DNA from: Pavona decussata | Lineage: Eukaryota | Length of the DNA stretch: 64,000 nt | Reading direction: 5' to 3' | Assembly: GCA_977016875.1 (NCBI GenBank) | Contig: CDRNST010000176.1 | Span: 124,001-188,000 of the forward strand | In this document: positions 49,688 to 62,390 of the stretch, one piece after another | How positions within the stretch are numbered: position 1 is the stretch's first letter | Layout of the letters: the number at the start of each line of letters is the position of its first letter | Position numbers and translations under genes: made by a program | Notes under the pieces: generated by a model | Told to the model about the DNA's origin: nothing | Databases searched by the model: none | What the model saw: the letters and a program-made list of their open reading frames with translations, nothing else

Positions 49688-50834
49688 TTAAGTCAGATAT
49701 GCCTTTCTCGTCAGAGAAGTTCATCATTTTAAACGTTCTCGTTTAGTCGTTTATTTCTTTTGCAAATATTTTAGGAGATTCTTTGTGTGTTTCAAATCCT
49801 CTGGTTGTCGTCATATTTAAATCTGACTGTTTATCACAATTTAAGGTTAATTTTTAGATGTAAGTGTGCGGCTACTGTGGCGAGAAAAGAAGATTTTGGT
49901 TTGTAACAGCAATTTCAGTTGTCATCAAAGCACTAGTGATTTTGAGGACATTTACGCAATTGAGATCCTATTTCCTTTGGAAATTTCGACAACCCTATCT
50001 TAACTCGAGTTAAACAAAATATTTTACACTCAAATGCTTGTCCGCGAGTTATCTATAGCGGTGTTGCAGATTGCAAAAGTAAACACAACAAAACAAAGCT
50101 ACAAGTTGATCTGCGTCCAAAAATTTTCTTGCACCGTGCGACAAAACAAAAAATTCACTGGGTAACTTTCGCAAAACACACTCGTTATTTACTCCTTCAG
50201 TCTTATAATAAACAATCAGTTGTGAAAAAGGCTGCTTCGTCATCCTCTTCAAGTATGCTGTAATTGTTGCGGCACGTAAATATAATTTAAACTATTAAGG
50301 CGTGGGCGAAGCCTTTGACGCAAGCGTTTTCACACATGGAACATCACGAATGCTTTGTAGCAAACTTACAAAGCAGTTGTTTCGTCCTCCAGCGCTGTTA
50401 AACAATATTTCAAGAAATATTACTGGAACTACAAAAATTTGCAAATATGACAAAATAATCCTACTATAAAAACAACTTGCCATAAATCTCAGTTGCAGAA
50501 TATACACAAACCCTGATCCGCCTTTTAAATGGCAAATTCTCAGGGGTATCAATGACTTGTTTATCGAAAATACCAACGCGAAAAAATCTAAACTTGGCAT
50601 TTCATTTAGACCGATTTAGCTTTTTTTTTAGTTTGCAACTTTCTCGATAATCTTGGTTTATCTCGCACCATAGAACAGGCCTCGTAAGTAGAGCTGAGCA
50701 AATACTTTTGTTTTTACACCAGAACGCTATTCGGAGATCTGTTCTTTGTTTTTCTTTCAAATTTAGCTTTAACTTAGTAACATTATTGATAGCCATTATT
50801 GCAGTGAGTTTAGTGGTATTTTACTTTACTTCTC

Positions 50835-51660
50835 AATGTTTTTTTTTTTCGTGTAAACGTGACGGACAGGAGAAGATTGCGGTTGGTTTTTAAAGCATTT
50901 CGCTTGAACAGCAATTCTTTTTTCCTTAACATAAAACCTGACAAACTGAGACCCGCGAGTTTGAATGTTGTAGTATTTTACCTTCATTCTCAATATTTTT
51001 CTTTCTTTGATTAATGTACGTTTGTGCATGGGAGTCGTTCCACATTTGGTCAAACCAGGTCAACCAGGGCCCGGTATTAAATCGCGCACATTTCGAAGCC
51101 AGCTATGTTACCCCGGGGATGTCCGCCGAAGTTTGTGTTCAGAGCAGGGTATTTGTGAAGAAAGAGAAGTCTCTATAGTAATATACATAATTTGCTTGGT
51201 TTCTCTTGTAAACATGACGGACAGGAGAAGATTGTTGGTTTTTAAAGCATATAGCTTGCACAGCAGTTCTTTTTCCTTAAAGCATAAAACCTGACAAATT
51301 GAGACCCGCGAGTTTGAATGTTGTAGTATTTTACCTTCATTCTCAATATTTTTTTTTCTTTTGATTAATGTACGTGTGTGCATGGGAGTCTTTCCACATT
51401 TCGTCAAAGGATCTCAAAGCAGGACCCGGTCTTAAATCGCGTACATTTCGAAGCCAGCTATGTTACGCGGGGATGTCCGCTGAAGTTTGTGTTCAGATCG
51501 GGTTAGTTTTGAAGAAAGAGAAGTCTCTAAAGTAATATACATAATTTATTTGGTTTCTCTTGTAAACGTGACGGACAGGAGAAGATGGTTGGTTTTAAAA
51601 GCATATAGCCTGCACAAAAATTATTTTTCGTTTACCATGAAACCTGACAAATCGACCCTT
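50835..51660. repeat. Tandem repeat, ~355-bp unit, ~2.3 copies
   Basis: GTAAAC(G/A)TGACGGACAGGAGAAGAT recurs at ~50853, ~51208 and ~51562 with colinear flanks. Confidence 0.85.
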
Positions 51661-54600
51661 GAATTTCACTGCAATCCGTCAGCCCAGTGTGGCCGGGTTT
51701 GAGTATGTTGATAAAACTCCAAATGTTTCACCATTCAAAGAAAGCTACTGAACAGTGCTTTCTCTTCTTTGCGGAGCTTTTGTTTTTCTGTAACCCAGGT
51801 GTGCATCATGCATGGTTTTCCCTTTTAAGTTTGTTGGAGAAATTCTATACGATTGAAAACGAAGGCGGTGGGCAGTGGTTTCTCGCGGCACTACAATTGG
51901 ATAAAATCGTCAAGTATGACCATTCAAATAAGAGCTTTTGAGACGAGCAGTAATTTGCCCAGCGCCCCTATCGCAGTTTAACAAACAAAATTTTAATTAC
52001 TTTCCCCATGTAAAAGAAAAATATTTTTGACATCTTTGTCATTGTTGGAGGATCTACACGGTAGATTATTATGAATTTCTTATCTTGTTTAGACGTCGTG
52101 TTCCATTAGGCTATATTACCAAAAGGAAACCCGCGACAAATTAAAAATCCGTCACAACGATATGTCCCACGTTAAAAACTTTACTGACAGTATCACTGTT
52201 TAAATTCTCCTCATGCTCTTCACACAATTTCTATCAGTCAACTTAAGAGAATTTCGTTGCCATTATCTTTTGAAATCATTTTGCTCATTCTCAATTCTTG
52301 GTTATGTGATTTTGTTGTGTAGCGGCAAAGAGAACTTTCGAGTTAATCCGAATTCTTAATCAATAGGTTCCACAACTTATTTTCCATCAATTGAACTCGC
52401 TGTTTGTGTAGTAAAGCGATCGAGGCTCGCGGCAGATTGGGAAAGCAATTATCTCGCAGATGTGTCGCAAAAATTGGGCAATTTCCTTGAATGGGCGCGT
52501 TATCGCTTCTCATCTGATTTTTGCAACGATTTAGGCACAAATCAAAACAGTCGCTAGGTTATCAGTCGTGGATATATAATGCCCGTGTCAAATTCCTCCC
52601 GCGGTTCAGACTCTATGTCGACTGATAGCTGATGTTTTCTGCTCATTATCGGCGAAATGAACTTACTTAAAAATCCATCTTGTATTTCTTAAACAAAAGC
52701 TTTGAAAGGAATGACTTGTTATGGCTACGTTGAAACTAAAACAGCTCCTTGTAATTCCAAAGAGAAGACGCCGAGTAAAATCGCACAAGTCCAAAGTCAA
52801 TGAAGAAATGGTTTTGTGTCTTTTTTGTGTTCGTCTGGAAGCTTCACCTTTTATTTTCTCAAACGAGAGCTTTGAATAGAAAAGCTTGTCATGGGTCGAA
52901 AGAGGGTCAAACAGGGAAAGGAGATTTTTGAGTCACTGAAAAATGTTTTTGCAAGTGTTTCATGTCATATTAAGGTCCGTCTCTAAGCCGACTTTCCAAA
53001 CGGTTAGATCTATAACACTTGTAAATATTCTTAGTCTCGTGACGCCGTTTTCGACAGAGCTGTCAAAGAGTAGTTTAATTTAGCTAATTACTCAGCAGTT
53101 TTGCTATGAATAAACTGTAATGAAAGAAAGAAAAAATATGATTCGCTGCCCGATTTTCAAGGGCATCATAGTTCAAAGTATTTTAAGCTTGGTAAACAAT
53201 AATCCTTTAACTCGACGCGACATGTTTAAGATTGCTAGAGGTTGAAATTTTATGGAGCTAACATGTTGGGAATACGTTGAAATTTCTAACATGACGAGTT
53301 TCAATAGAAATACGTTCGATGGATTCTTTTGTCTATGTCGGCGAAGAGAATTTTATTAGCTTTTAGTTGAGCATTTCATATATTTTGAAAAAAGTTTTCA
53401 CTGAAGAGGATACTGATTTGTAATGTGTTTATTTTGTGTTATAACCACAACCGTTCAATTGAAAATTGTTCACGAGGGAGTGCATGCGTTCTCGCACGTG
53501 CCTTAACTTTATCTCTGATATCTAAGTTATGTCGCGTGCAAGGAGGAGTGATTTCTTGTTATTTTCAGGCCTCTTGAAGCAGTCAAGGGCGATACTTCCC
53601 CTAAACAACTTAATCAAATCAATTGTTAGGGTGAAGACTAATAATATCAAAAATCAATGTGCTTGAACTTTCATCCACGTTTTCAATATCGAGCGCAAAG
53701 TTTCTTCGGACACTGATCAAAATTCTAAGCCTGTGGAGTATAAAGCATGGCATTTTTAAACGAAGGATCTATTACCATTCTGACATGGGATTTCTAGGAA
53801 TTTTGATGCTTGATAAATAGATTACTTTTATGATTTTCTATTTCCACTTATTGTGTACGACCTTATTTGGTACAACATGACGGGGTTTTTACAATAGCTC
53901 TCAAGCTCTCAGGTGGCATAATTCTCCCCCAATCAGAATGTTTCATACAAGTAGTATAGGAAACTACTTGTTTCCTCAAACACCTAAATTCCTGTTGTTT
54001 GAAATGGTGTTTTCCTTACCATGTCACGGTCATGCTTTGGGATGTACATGGATTCCCCTTTAGCGCAGTCTTCAATTCAAGTTTTGTAGAATTCTAGCTG
54101 TCTTTTACTTGCAGACTAATTTTGTTTCTTGTTAGGTAGTAGGTGGGTAGATAGGCAAGTTGGTGAGTTGGTTGATAACTTTATTTAAATAATCTCGAGT
54201 GGATGAGGTTGATTAGAAATCTTGCAGTAAAAACAATAATTTTACGATGTAAAAAAAATAATTACTCCTTGATCCCTTACTTTTGTCACGGACCTGCTGT
54301 TGTCTCACCTGGCATGGCTCCAATGCTCACTGGCTCGCAGTGATCTGGGCACATTTCTCTTAGATTGTAAAACCCTCAAAAACGTCATTTAGGCACACTG
54401 GGAACATTATAGTAGCTGTTTACAATTTATCTGCAAGAGTATTCTTATATCAGTTTGTTACAGGTTTGTTATAAAATCAAATTGTGTCAGATGTTCAGAC
54501 AATTCAAACAAGCCTTAAACACCCCCCCCCCCCACCCCCCCACCGCCACCACTCCATAACTCGCAAAAATTACAATTATGAACAAAATGGCACTTGGAGT

Positions 54601-54966
54601 ATAAATAAAACGTCCAATGAGAAGCGATGACGTCATATTATGTGAAAGTGACGTCATGATTGCCAAATGGCGGCCATCTTGGATCTGTCATCTTTGGTTT
54701 CTTTGATTTCGGATTTTCGTAAAACTTCAGGAAGTGCCAACATTGAATGAAGAGTAATCAAAACCACTAAAACAGCACTAATATGAACTAAAATTATCAA
54801 ACTTTTACCGTAATAAAAGTAATGTTTTTTTAAAAATGAGATTTTCCATTTTCTGCAAGAACGCCTTGTCCGAAATTGGTTGCACTAGGTACTGACCCAC
54901 CACATCAAATTGTTCCTAGGCAGATTCCTGAAAAAGTCACCGAGTTTCATGGCTTTTATGGAAATA

Positions 54967-55572
54967 CAGTCAAACCTCCACTAACGGCCCCCTCTCCACA
55001 ACGGCCACATTTTTTTGTCCCGGCGGACAGTCCATACATTACCTCTTGTTTAAACCTCTCCACAACGGCCACCTCTCTACAACGGCAACGGCCACTAAAG
55101 TGCGTCTTCGACTGCCAAAATAACCTCTCGATAACGGCCAGTACAGTTCTTTTTTGTAAAAACCTTTTTTTATAAACTGATGCAGTAATCGGCATTTGTC
55201 TTCGGAACATTATGTTTCTGTATCCATTTTAATGATATATGTATTTTGATTGTGTTCCATTTATATGCTGGTGAGTAAGCATAAATTTTCTGCAATAATA
55301 TAGCCAATGTTGCAAACCTTGCTCGTTTCGTCTTTTTATCATTTTGATTCAAAGCATTATTTACATTTTATTGTGTATTTTATGTATATATATTATTTAA
55401 GATTGGATTACCATTATAGGCTACAGTAAGCATGAACTTGGCACAATAAACATGTTGTACTTCCTGAAAAAAAAGGTGTCCTATTACTCCCCTACCTCCC
55501 CATAACGGCCACCTCTCTGCAACGGCCACTTTCTTATGTCCCCAAGGTGGCCGTTGTGGAGAGGTTCAACTG
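54967..55572. mobile_element. Tc1/mariner-type non-autonomous element nested in an older element
   Basis: TA|CAGTCAAACCTCCACTAACGGCC ... GGCCGTTGTGGAGAGGTTCAACTG|TA; ACGGCCAC subterminal repeats. Confidence 0.75.
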
Positions 55573-57059
55573 TATTAAAAAGGTTATTGAACTTCAAAGT
55601 CGTCGAGAGCAGAGTGCCCCCCACCTCTCCACACACATACACGCACACACACCTCCCCCGCCGGTCTACTTTGGGTTAAGCTGGCTTTGGCTTAACAATG
55701 CTTCTTACCTGGCAAAAAAATCCACGGTTGCAATAAATCTGATAGAATAATTGATTTGATGGAAAACCAAAATGCAATTCCTAGTTTATGGTAGACCTCC
55801 GATGGTTTTTCTCAGATAGTTTCCAGTTGTTACAAGTCCTTTGGTGTTTCGTACTTAATGCTCACTCGTAATCAGCCTGATGTGATCTCGGATACAAATG
55901 CACATTTCATTGCGTTCTCAGTAATGAAGCAAATTTATCCGAGGCTATAGATGGATTGACGTCACTCAGTGGTACTCACTGTAACTGGGCTGTACATACA
56001 TTTGTTCCCACGAAGGTATCGGGGGCGCGCGAAGCGAGGGGAACGAGAAGGGAAAAAAAGACGATTCCTTATATCTTTCACTCATCTCCCAGCTCGCCTC
56101 GTTTCGAGCGCAGTCTCGTTCATTTTGCTGGGATGTAATCCATGCAAATTACACGAGACGGTCGTACCATCAAAATGAAAGCCACAAAGCAGTTCCAAGT
56201 GGAGATGGGAGGGTGGAGTTGGTTGTTGGTGTGAAAGTGGGTCATTAATTTTGCCTTGTGGTGTAAAAATGACTCTGTTTTTGTTTTGTTTTCAAAGGAA
56301 ACCACGACAGTGTATTAACGTTCATTGTTAAAAAACGAAACAACGAGAAAGGGGCAGCAACTAGATCATTCCTTATTAGAGCGGTTTTTAATTGAGTGTC
56401 GAAAGTAATTTCACGTTTGGTTTGGTTTTGCGTTGCTACGCCCTGTGATTGGTTAACAAAACTCGCGCCACTTTCTCAACCAATGGGAATCCAAACCAAA
56501 ACCAATCGTGTTTTCGCTGCACACGTTTTCCCGCGCTTGGCGCCAAGTTCATTTATTTGCTTCGAATTCTGATTGGCTCGTTGTGTTGTTTACATCTGTT
56601 GCGATTGGCCAGTGTTATTACTTTAGTTTGGTTTTACGACACTCATTTGGAAACCGCTCCAAAATGTGATTTACCTCTATCAGGTTTGAAAACGGCTATG
56701 GGTTTTAAAGGCCACGCGTGCCTTTCTCGTCAAACTTCCCGAAAACATTTTGTTCGCTTATGTTCACAAGGTCCATTACCAGAAATTCGATTTTTTTTAG
56801 ACATTAAAATAATCCCGGAAGCTCAAACGTTGAAAACTTTACAACATTAAGAGACGTATTGGGCTACTATGTACCATCAACCAACAAGATAAGAGCTTGA
56901 AAAATACTTCTCGGGTCCGAAAACTATCCGGAAGTTTTCAGAAACTGACCCCAGGTCTCAAAGCAAGCATGAAAAATAATGTCTCTTTGTTTGAAATGAG
57001 GTCACGCCCCACTAAAGATAAGTCCATGTACTCTCCCTTCCCCCCTCCCCCGAGTGATC

Positions 57060-57430
57060 ATTACTTTCCTGTGGAGTAGTTAGTTGCGCATCATTAGGCG
57101 GTTCTAACTTTTGAGTCGGTAGATGAAATCCTAACGTGTGACCATTCAAATGAAAGCTACTGAGCAGTACATGCCTGTGGTGCCGTTTGTTATTCTGTGC
57201 GATGTGAGTCTGTAGATGAAATCATGGAGTGTGCCAATCAAATACGTTCCCTCCTTCTAAAGTGTAAGGTTGCTCTAATGGGTTTGAAAACTGCTGTATT
57301 TTGATCTAAAATTATGTTAGAGGTTGGAGAACGTGGTGGCATACCCCCACGAAGATTCCTTGAATTACCTTGCCCCTCGGGTGAGCTGTACTTGCCTGTG
57401 GTGGTACTTATGCACTTCAAGGTGATTCTG
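57060..57430 (+). repeat. Abundant interspersed/satellite-like repeat; other copies at ~25330-25410, ~43030-43240, ~51720-51950, ~59150-59230, ~61790-61970
   Basis: GATGAAATCCTAACGTGTGACCATTCAAATGAAAGCTACTGAGCAGTAC..CCTGTGGT units present in both orientations across the window. Confidence 0.7.
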
Positions 57431-57709
57431 TGGATTAAAGCCTGGGGTGGGGGTGGGGCTGGAATGGTGCGATGGTGAGAACACTCGCCTCCTACTAATG
57501 AGGCCCGGGTTTCATTATCGGATTCGCTTCATATGTGAGCTGAGTTCGTTGTTGTTACTCGTCCATGCTCCAAGAGGTGTCCAAATTCCAATTCAATCTG
57601 GAAATTCCCAAGATAGCGCACTGTAATACTTTATTACGATTACGATGCTTGGTTCCTTTCAAGTGCTCAACGTGACTTTGACTGGTAACTATAGCTCTCA
57701 CTCACGATC

Positions 57710-57893
57710 CAACCTCGTTCCCAGGGCCTTTTCCCTGGCTTGGCTGCGGGCTGTATTTGGCCAAGTTTTGCATGAATTATTTAAAACAATCAACCAATCA
57801 AAATGAAGAGTTCATTTGGACGATCCCAGGGCCTTTTCCCGCCCTGCCCCGTCCCGCCGCCAAGCCAGGGTAAAGGTCCTGGGAACGAGGTTG
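57710..57893. mobile_element. MITE with perfect 9-bp TSD (Mutator-like)
   Basis: CTCACGATC|CAACCTCGTTCCCAGG ... CCTGGGAACGAGGTTG|CTCACGATC. Confidence 0.85.
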
Positions 57894-60800
57894 CTCACGA
57901 TCTGGACATTTCCTATATAAACAACTGTATAAAAACTAACTACATGTCACTTATCCGGTGGGGGAGAGGGAACTCCAAGTTGATGACGACTGCGTTAATC
58001 TTCAGCAAGTTTGAAGAGAATCCATGCACGTAGAGCTCAAAAGGTTTCTGAGTCTCGTTTTGTTGGCGTAGTTCAAATTCATTGTCTTTCTCACATCACA
58101 TCATCATGTAGGTCTAAACTAGGATCCCTCCCAAGCCCCGTGGATGTTTCTCCCGCTATTTCTAAATTCCTGTCAAACCATCTATGCGCACAAATTATAA
58201 GAAAGCAAGTAATTTTCAGTCTCATTAGATTCCAAGTTGAATCTTTTCTTCGGAATTCGTACGGCTGATAAGGAAAACGAGTAAGACTACGAGAGAGATC
58301 GCGCATTTTGTTTTATTACTAGCGGAAAATCTTGACTACAGATTCTTATAAACGCTTATGACTGCAAACAAAAGAGCTGTCCACTCGGTCGTCCAGCTGT
58401 TTATCTAGTTTCGCGGGTTCGTTCCCTCGGTTTCTCGTCCGTTCGTTTTCGCCGGCGAGCGCTAGGTGGACCGTTTGATCGCTAACTCGGTCATTTGGCT
58501 ATCCGTTCGCTCGCTCGGATGTTCGTTCGCTCGGGCTTCCGTTTGTTCGTTCGTTTGCGTTTCTGGTTTGTTCAGTTGTTCCTCCGTTTGCCCAGTTCTC
58601 CTTGCTATTCATGGACATAAACATGTTATAAACAATAAAATTTAACCAATTAAAAGCTGTATTAAAAACATTACGAAGAAGTTTCTTTATGTTTTAATAC
58701 CTTTGGCTGTCATGCTACAGAGAAAGATTTCTTCTTTCTTCACTGATCTGACACACAAATAAACATTTTGTGCGGTTAACGAAAAAGGACCAGAAGTATT
58801 AAAAGCACGGCAAGTATGCAAAATAAAGTTGCAAGTGTAGAAATTTTAATTAACGCGCTGAATAATGTTTTCCCAACAGATGTTCAACCTACGGTTCTAG
58901 TAATGTAACATTGGTTCAGTAAGCTAAAAAAGATGTTTAAAAGCCAAGACATTAGATTACAAGGAGCCTTTCCTTTTGCTCAAGAGGAGCGAGTAGCTGG
59001 TGTTTTCCGAATGACTTTAGAGAAACAGCTATTAGTCCAAGACGGCTGATCCAGTCACCTCAAGTCGGCGCAAGGAAACCGTGAACTGGACAAATCTCTC
59101 CTGAGTTTCGCTTTCAAAAACGAGAGTACCACAGACAAAGACAACTAAATAGCTTTCAACAGCATGGCCACACTTTAGGGTTTTGTCCGTAGACACAAAA
59201 GTTAGTCGTAAGGGAAAGTACTGTTCAGTAATCTCATTGCCTCGTCCCCAGTAACTCGGTCGAAACCCATAAACCCGCGCTTCACTTTTCTCCTTCCCAT
59301 AAGCCCCCGCTTCGCGCTCGTTCCCATGCTCCATGTTCGCACTTATTCTCCCTTACAAAGAAGGGAGGAGACCGTGGGGGAAGCAGACTACTCATCATAG
59401 ACTTAAAACACAACAGAAACAGTAAATACTGTCGTGGGAATTAATAAAGTGGGGTCACCCAATGGTTTATATCAGTGAATATCTCTTTGGACGCCTTGAT
59501 CGCCTCAGAAATTCGGAGAATCCCAAGCCGAGCTTTTTACGGGAAAATGACAGCTCAAAATTTCGTATTAAACACTGCAAAACTAATTCCTATTGTTTTC
59601 AGAAGGGCAATGCCCCCCCCCCCCCCCCAAAAAAAAAAGCCGGTCAAGTGGCATTTTTGTATAACCAACAACAGCAAGTAAAATTTGAGGAATAAGATTC
59701 CATTCCCTAAAACTTTCTGCAACTTGAAATTTTAGCTGAAGAATCCGAACGGATCAAAATGAATTAGCTTGCAGAAATGTGCCACAAAACGATGTTAGGA
59801 AAACAGTAGATAACATTTTAGGTGTTTTGCTTGAGTGTTCCCCAATTTAGCTTTTAGGAATTTCGCCCACAAGCATAGAAGCCTGGTTCGTGTCTCAAGG
59901 TTTAGCCTCGGAAGTGAGATAATTGGAGAGACCAGAAGTTGTTTGCTAAAGTAGGGGATTTCGTTCTATGTAGAGTGGATTTAACATGAAGAAAACACAT
60001 ACTCTCTTGAATCATAGCGGGAATATCACTTTCAAGCTGGCTGAATGGCCAAAAACAACACAAACTCGCCGTAAACAAGCTTGATAAGCAGGGATCTTGT
60101 CTCCAAGGATTATTTGAGTTGAAAGAGGCATGTTTTAGTTTTCAAGGACCGCCGTAATTGGATCAACCTTTTAGGGATTTCCCGTAGCCAGCATGGCTAA
60201 AAGTTTGAAAACGATAAAAAGACATCCGATATAGTCTTGAGTATTATTATTCAGATGATTTCCTCAGTGGTAGCACCTTTAATAGAATGTCATAAGCCGT
60301 GCTGCGTAGACTGAGAACACCATACAAGGCGTTCAAGAGGATAAAGGGGATTTCCTCTCGAAATTGATGGCGCCCCTCTGTGGCGGATCCTCTGGGATTG
60401 AGAATTTGAAAACCGGTTCTGTTAGGCCACGAAAATATTAGTTTATGCATCGGATTTGCGGTTTTTAACTCTACAACAAATATTAATTTCAGCCTGCGAA
60501 CAAGCGAGGAGTTTGCCTCGATCACGTACGAGCCGCGGAACCGTGAGAATGAACTAATGAAATCCAACAGGGGATTTAAAACTGGTGCAACTTAACAATT
60601 CAGCGGAACCACTGCCGGCCTGTTCATTTATTTTCTTACCCAATCAAAACTTCCCCGCGTTATGCACCGGTTGCAAACGTTTGGTCCGAGTTTCGATTGG
60701 TTCATTGCGTTACTGCGTTTGGCAAGCTGTCATAAATTAGATGGTATTACCTTTGTTTATGTCTCACAGAGTGTCCCTCTAAGTCGGGGGTTTACTGCTG

Positions 60801-61322
60801 ATGTAGATTCCAGACAGATCTGACTACTTTCGTGGTAGTTTTCATTTTTGTTCGCGTGCCACTTTGTTTGAACAGTTACTTTATCTTGTCGTAGCTCTTA
60901 AAACGCTTATTTCCGGGGAGGATATCGTTCTAATAGGCTAGTTTAGTCAACTCAGCGACATCTCTACATTTCTAAGTCTGCCTTTAATCACGCGAAGTTT
61001 AACATTTTGTTTTTCGGGATCAATTTTCTTGTCAGCGGCTCTTAATACAGACATTTTTTAGTGCGATATTTAATAGCGGCGATTTTAAGTGCGATTTCAA
61101 ATCGTCCGTTAACTATTGGGGTTTTTTCTTATGTAAAGTTTTGATAGAGTGCATCGCGTGGACTCTTCTCCCATCAATACACAATATTTCCATGTATATA
61201 TATCGTAAAACTGCAGGTATTTGGAATGCATGGACGAGTTAAATCATAATCACAGTTGTAATCGCCGCAAAACTCGTTGTCACAACTATCTCAAGACTCC
61301 ACCTTTAATCTTTTCTTGTGGG

Positions 61323-61365
<43 letters not shown>
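61323..61365. repeat. (AAT)n microsatellite; similar (ATT)n at ~20043-20096
   Basis: Directly visible. Confidence 0.9.
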
Positions 61366-61366
<1 letters not shown>

Positions 61367-62269
61367 CACGCGTGAAAAAAACAAAAAACAAAAAACAAAA
61401 ACAACAACAACAACAACATTAATGTGAGTAAAACAGGTTTATCGATGGAATGGAAAGGCCTGACGAAACCATATGATTTAATCTTTTCTGTTTCGAAGTA
61501 TGTTCGAAAAAAACTGCTTCTCTTTCATTATATTTCACTATTTGTTTCACCACTCCTTATAATTAGTACACAAGTATGAAATAGTTACAAAAATTTAACG
61601 TTAAATTAATTATAATTAATTTGAAAAAACAATTTATAATGGGGAGGAGAGGAGGGAGGTACCTCTGGTAAAAACTAATACTGTACCCCTTTGGAGCCAT
61701 TCCGTCAAGGGTTTATTTTTAACGGACCGAGGGCGCTAAAATACGACTAAAACGTAATTAAACAAGCTTGAGAAACTGCAGCAAAGGTCAGGGGGAAGTA
61801 CTATTTCATACAAACAGTCTCAACGTTAGAACCACCTTTTACAGCTTAATAAACAGTACTACAGGAACGTACAGCTCAGTAGCTTTCCAGTTTGAAAGGT
61901 CACACTTCCTAGCACTACACTTTAGGATTACATCCAGATTCCTAAACTTTAGGACCGTATTACATGAAGTGGCAAACTTTCAGCGAGGGAGGGGGGGGGG
62001 GGTGGTAAGAGGGCAATCATCAGTTTTCAATGAATTGTTTAAACACTGGAATGCCAGTTTATGAAACAAGGTGAAACATGACAAATGCAGAATCGTGAAA
62101 GAAAGCATGCATTCTCATTAACAGCAAGCCAAGGCACAAAAGTGACAGTCAGGCATGTACAAATTTTCCCAGTTACGTGGGAGGACACTCTAGATTTATT
62201 GAAATATACGTATTTCACATATTTCACTCCCATCTTTTCACCTCTAAGGGTATATTACGAATTCACAAA

Positions 62270-62390
62270 ATGCCCCCAGCTCCCACTGAGTTGTCTTGAA
62301 AGCTCAGCCAGTTTGTAGAGCACTGTACCGGTATTGCAGAGGTCGTGTGTTCGAATCCCGTTCAAGGCTGAAATTTTCGTTGCTGCTTTA
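62270..62390 (+). mobile_element. tRNA-derived SINE fragment
   Basis: AGCTCAG..GTAGAGCACTGTACCGGTATTGCAGAGGTCGTGTGTTCGAATCCCGTTCAAGGCTGAAATTTT; no acceptor stem. Confidence 0.6.

Noticed and set aside
61459-61500. CTGACGA..GAAG hammerhead-like motif
   Set aside because: Lacks the GAAA core and convincing stems I and III
62300-62370. tRNA gene candidates (also ~6750, ~19450, ~28800, ~57470, ~63450)
   Set aside because: A/B-box-like heads lack a paired acceptor stem and continue into repeated SINE bodies
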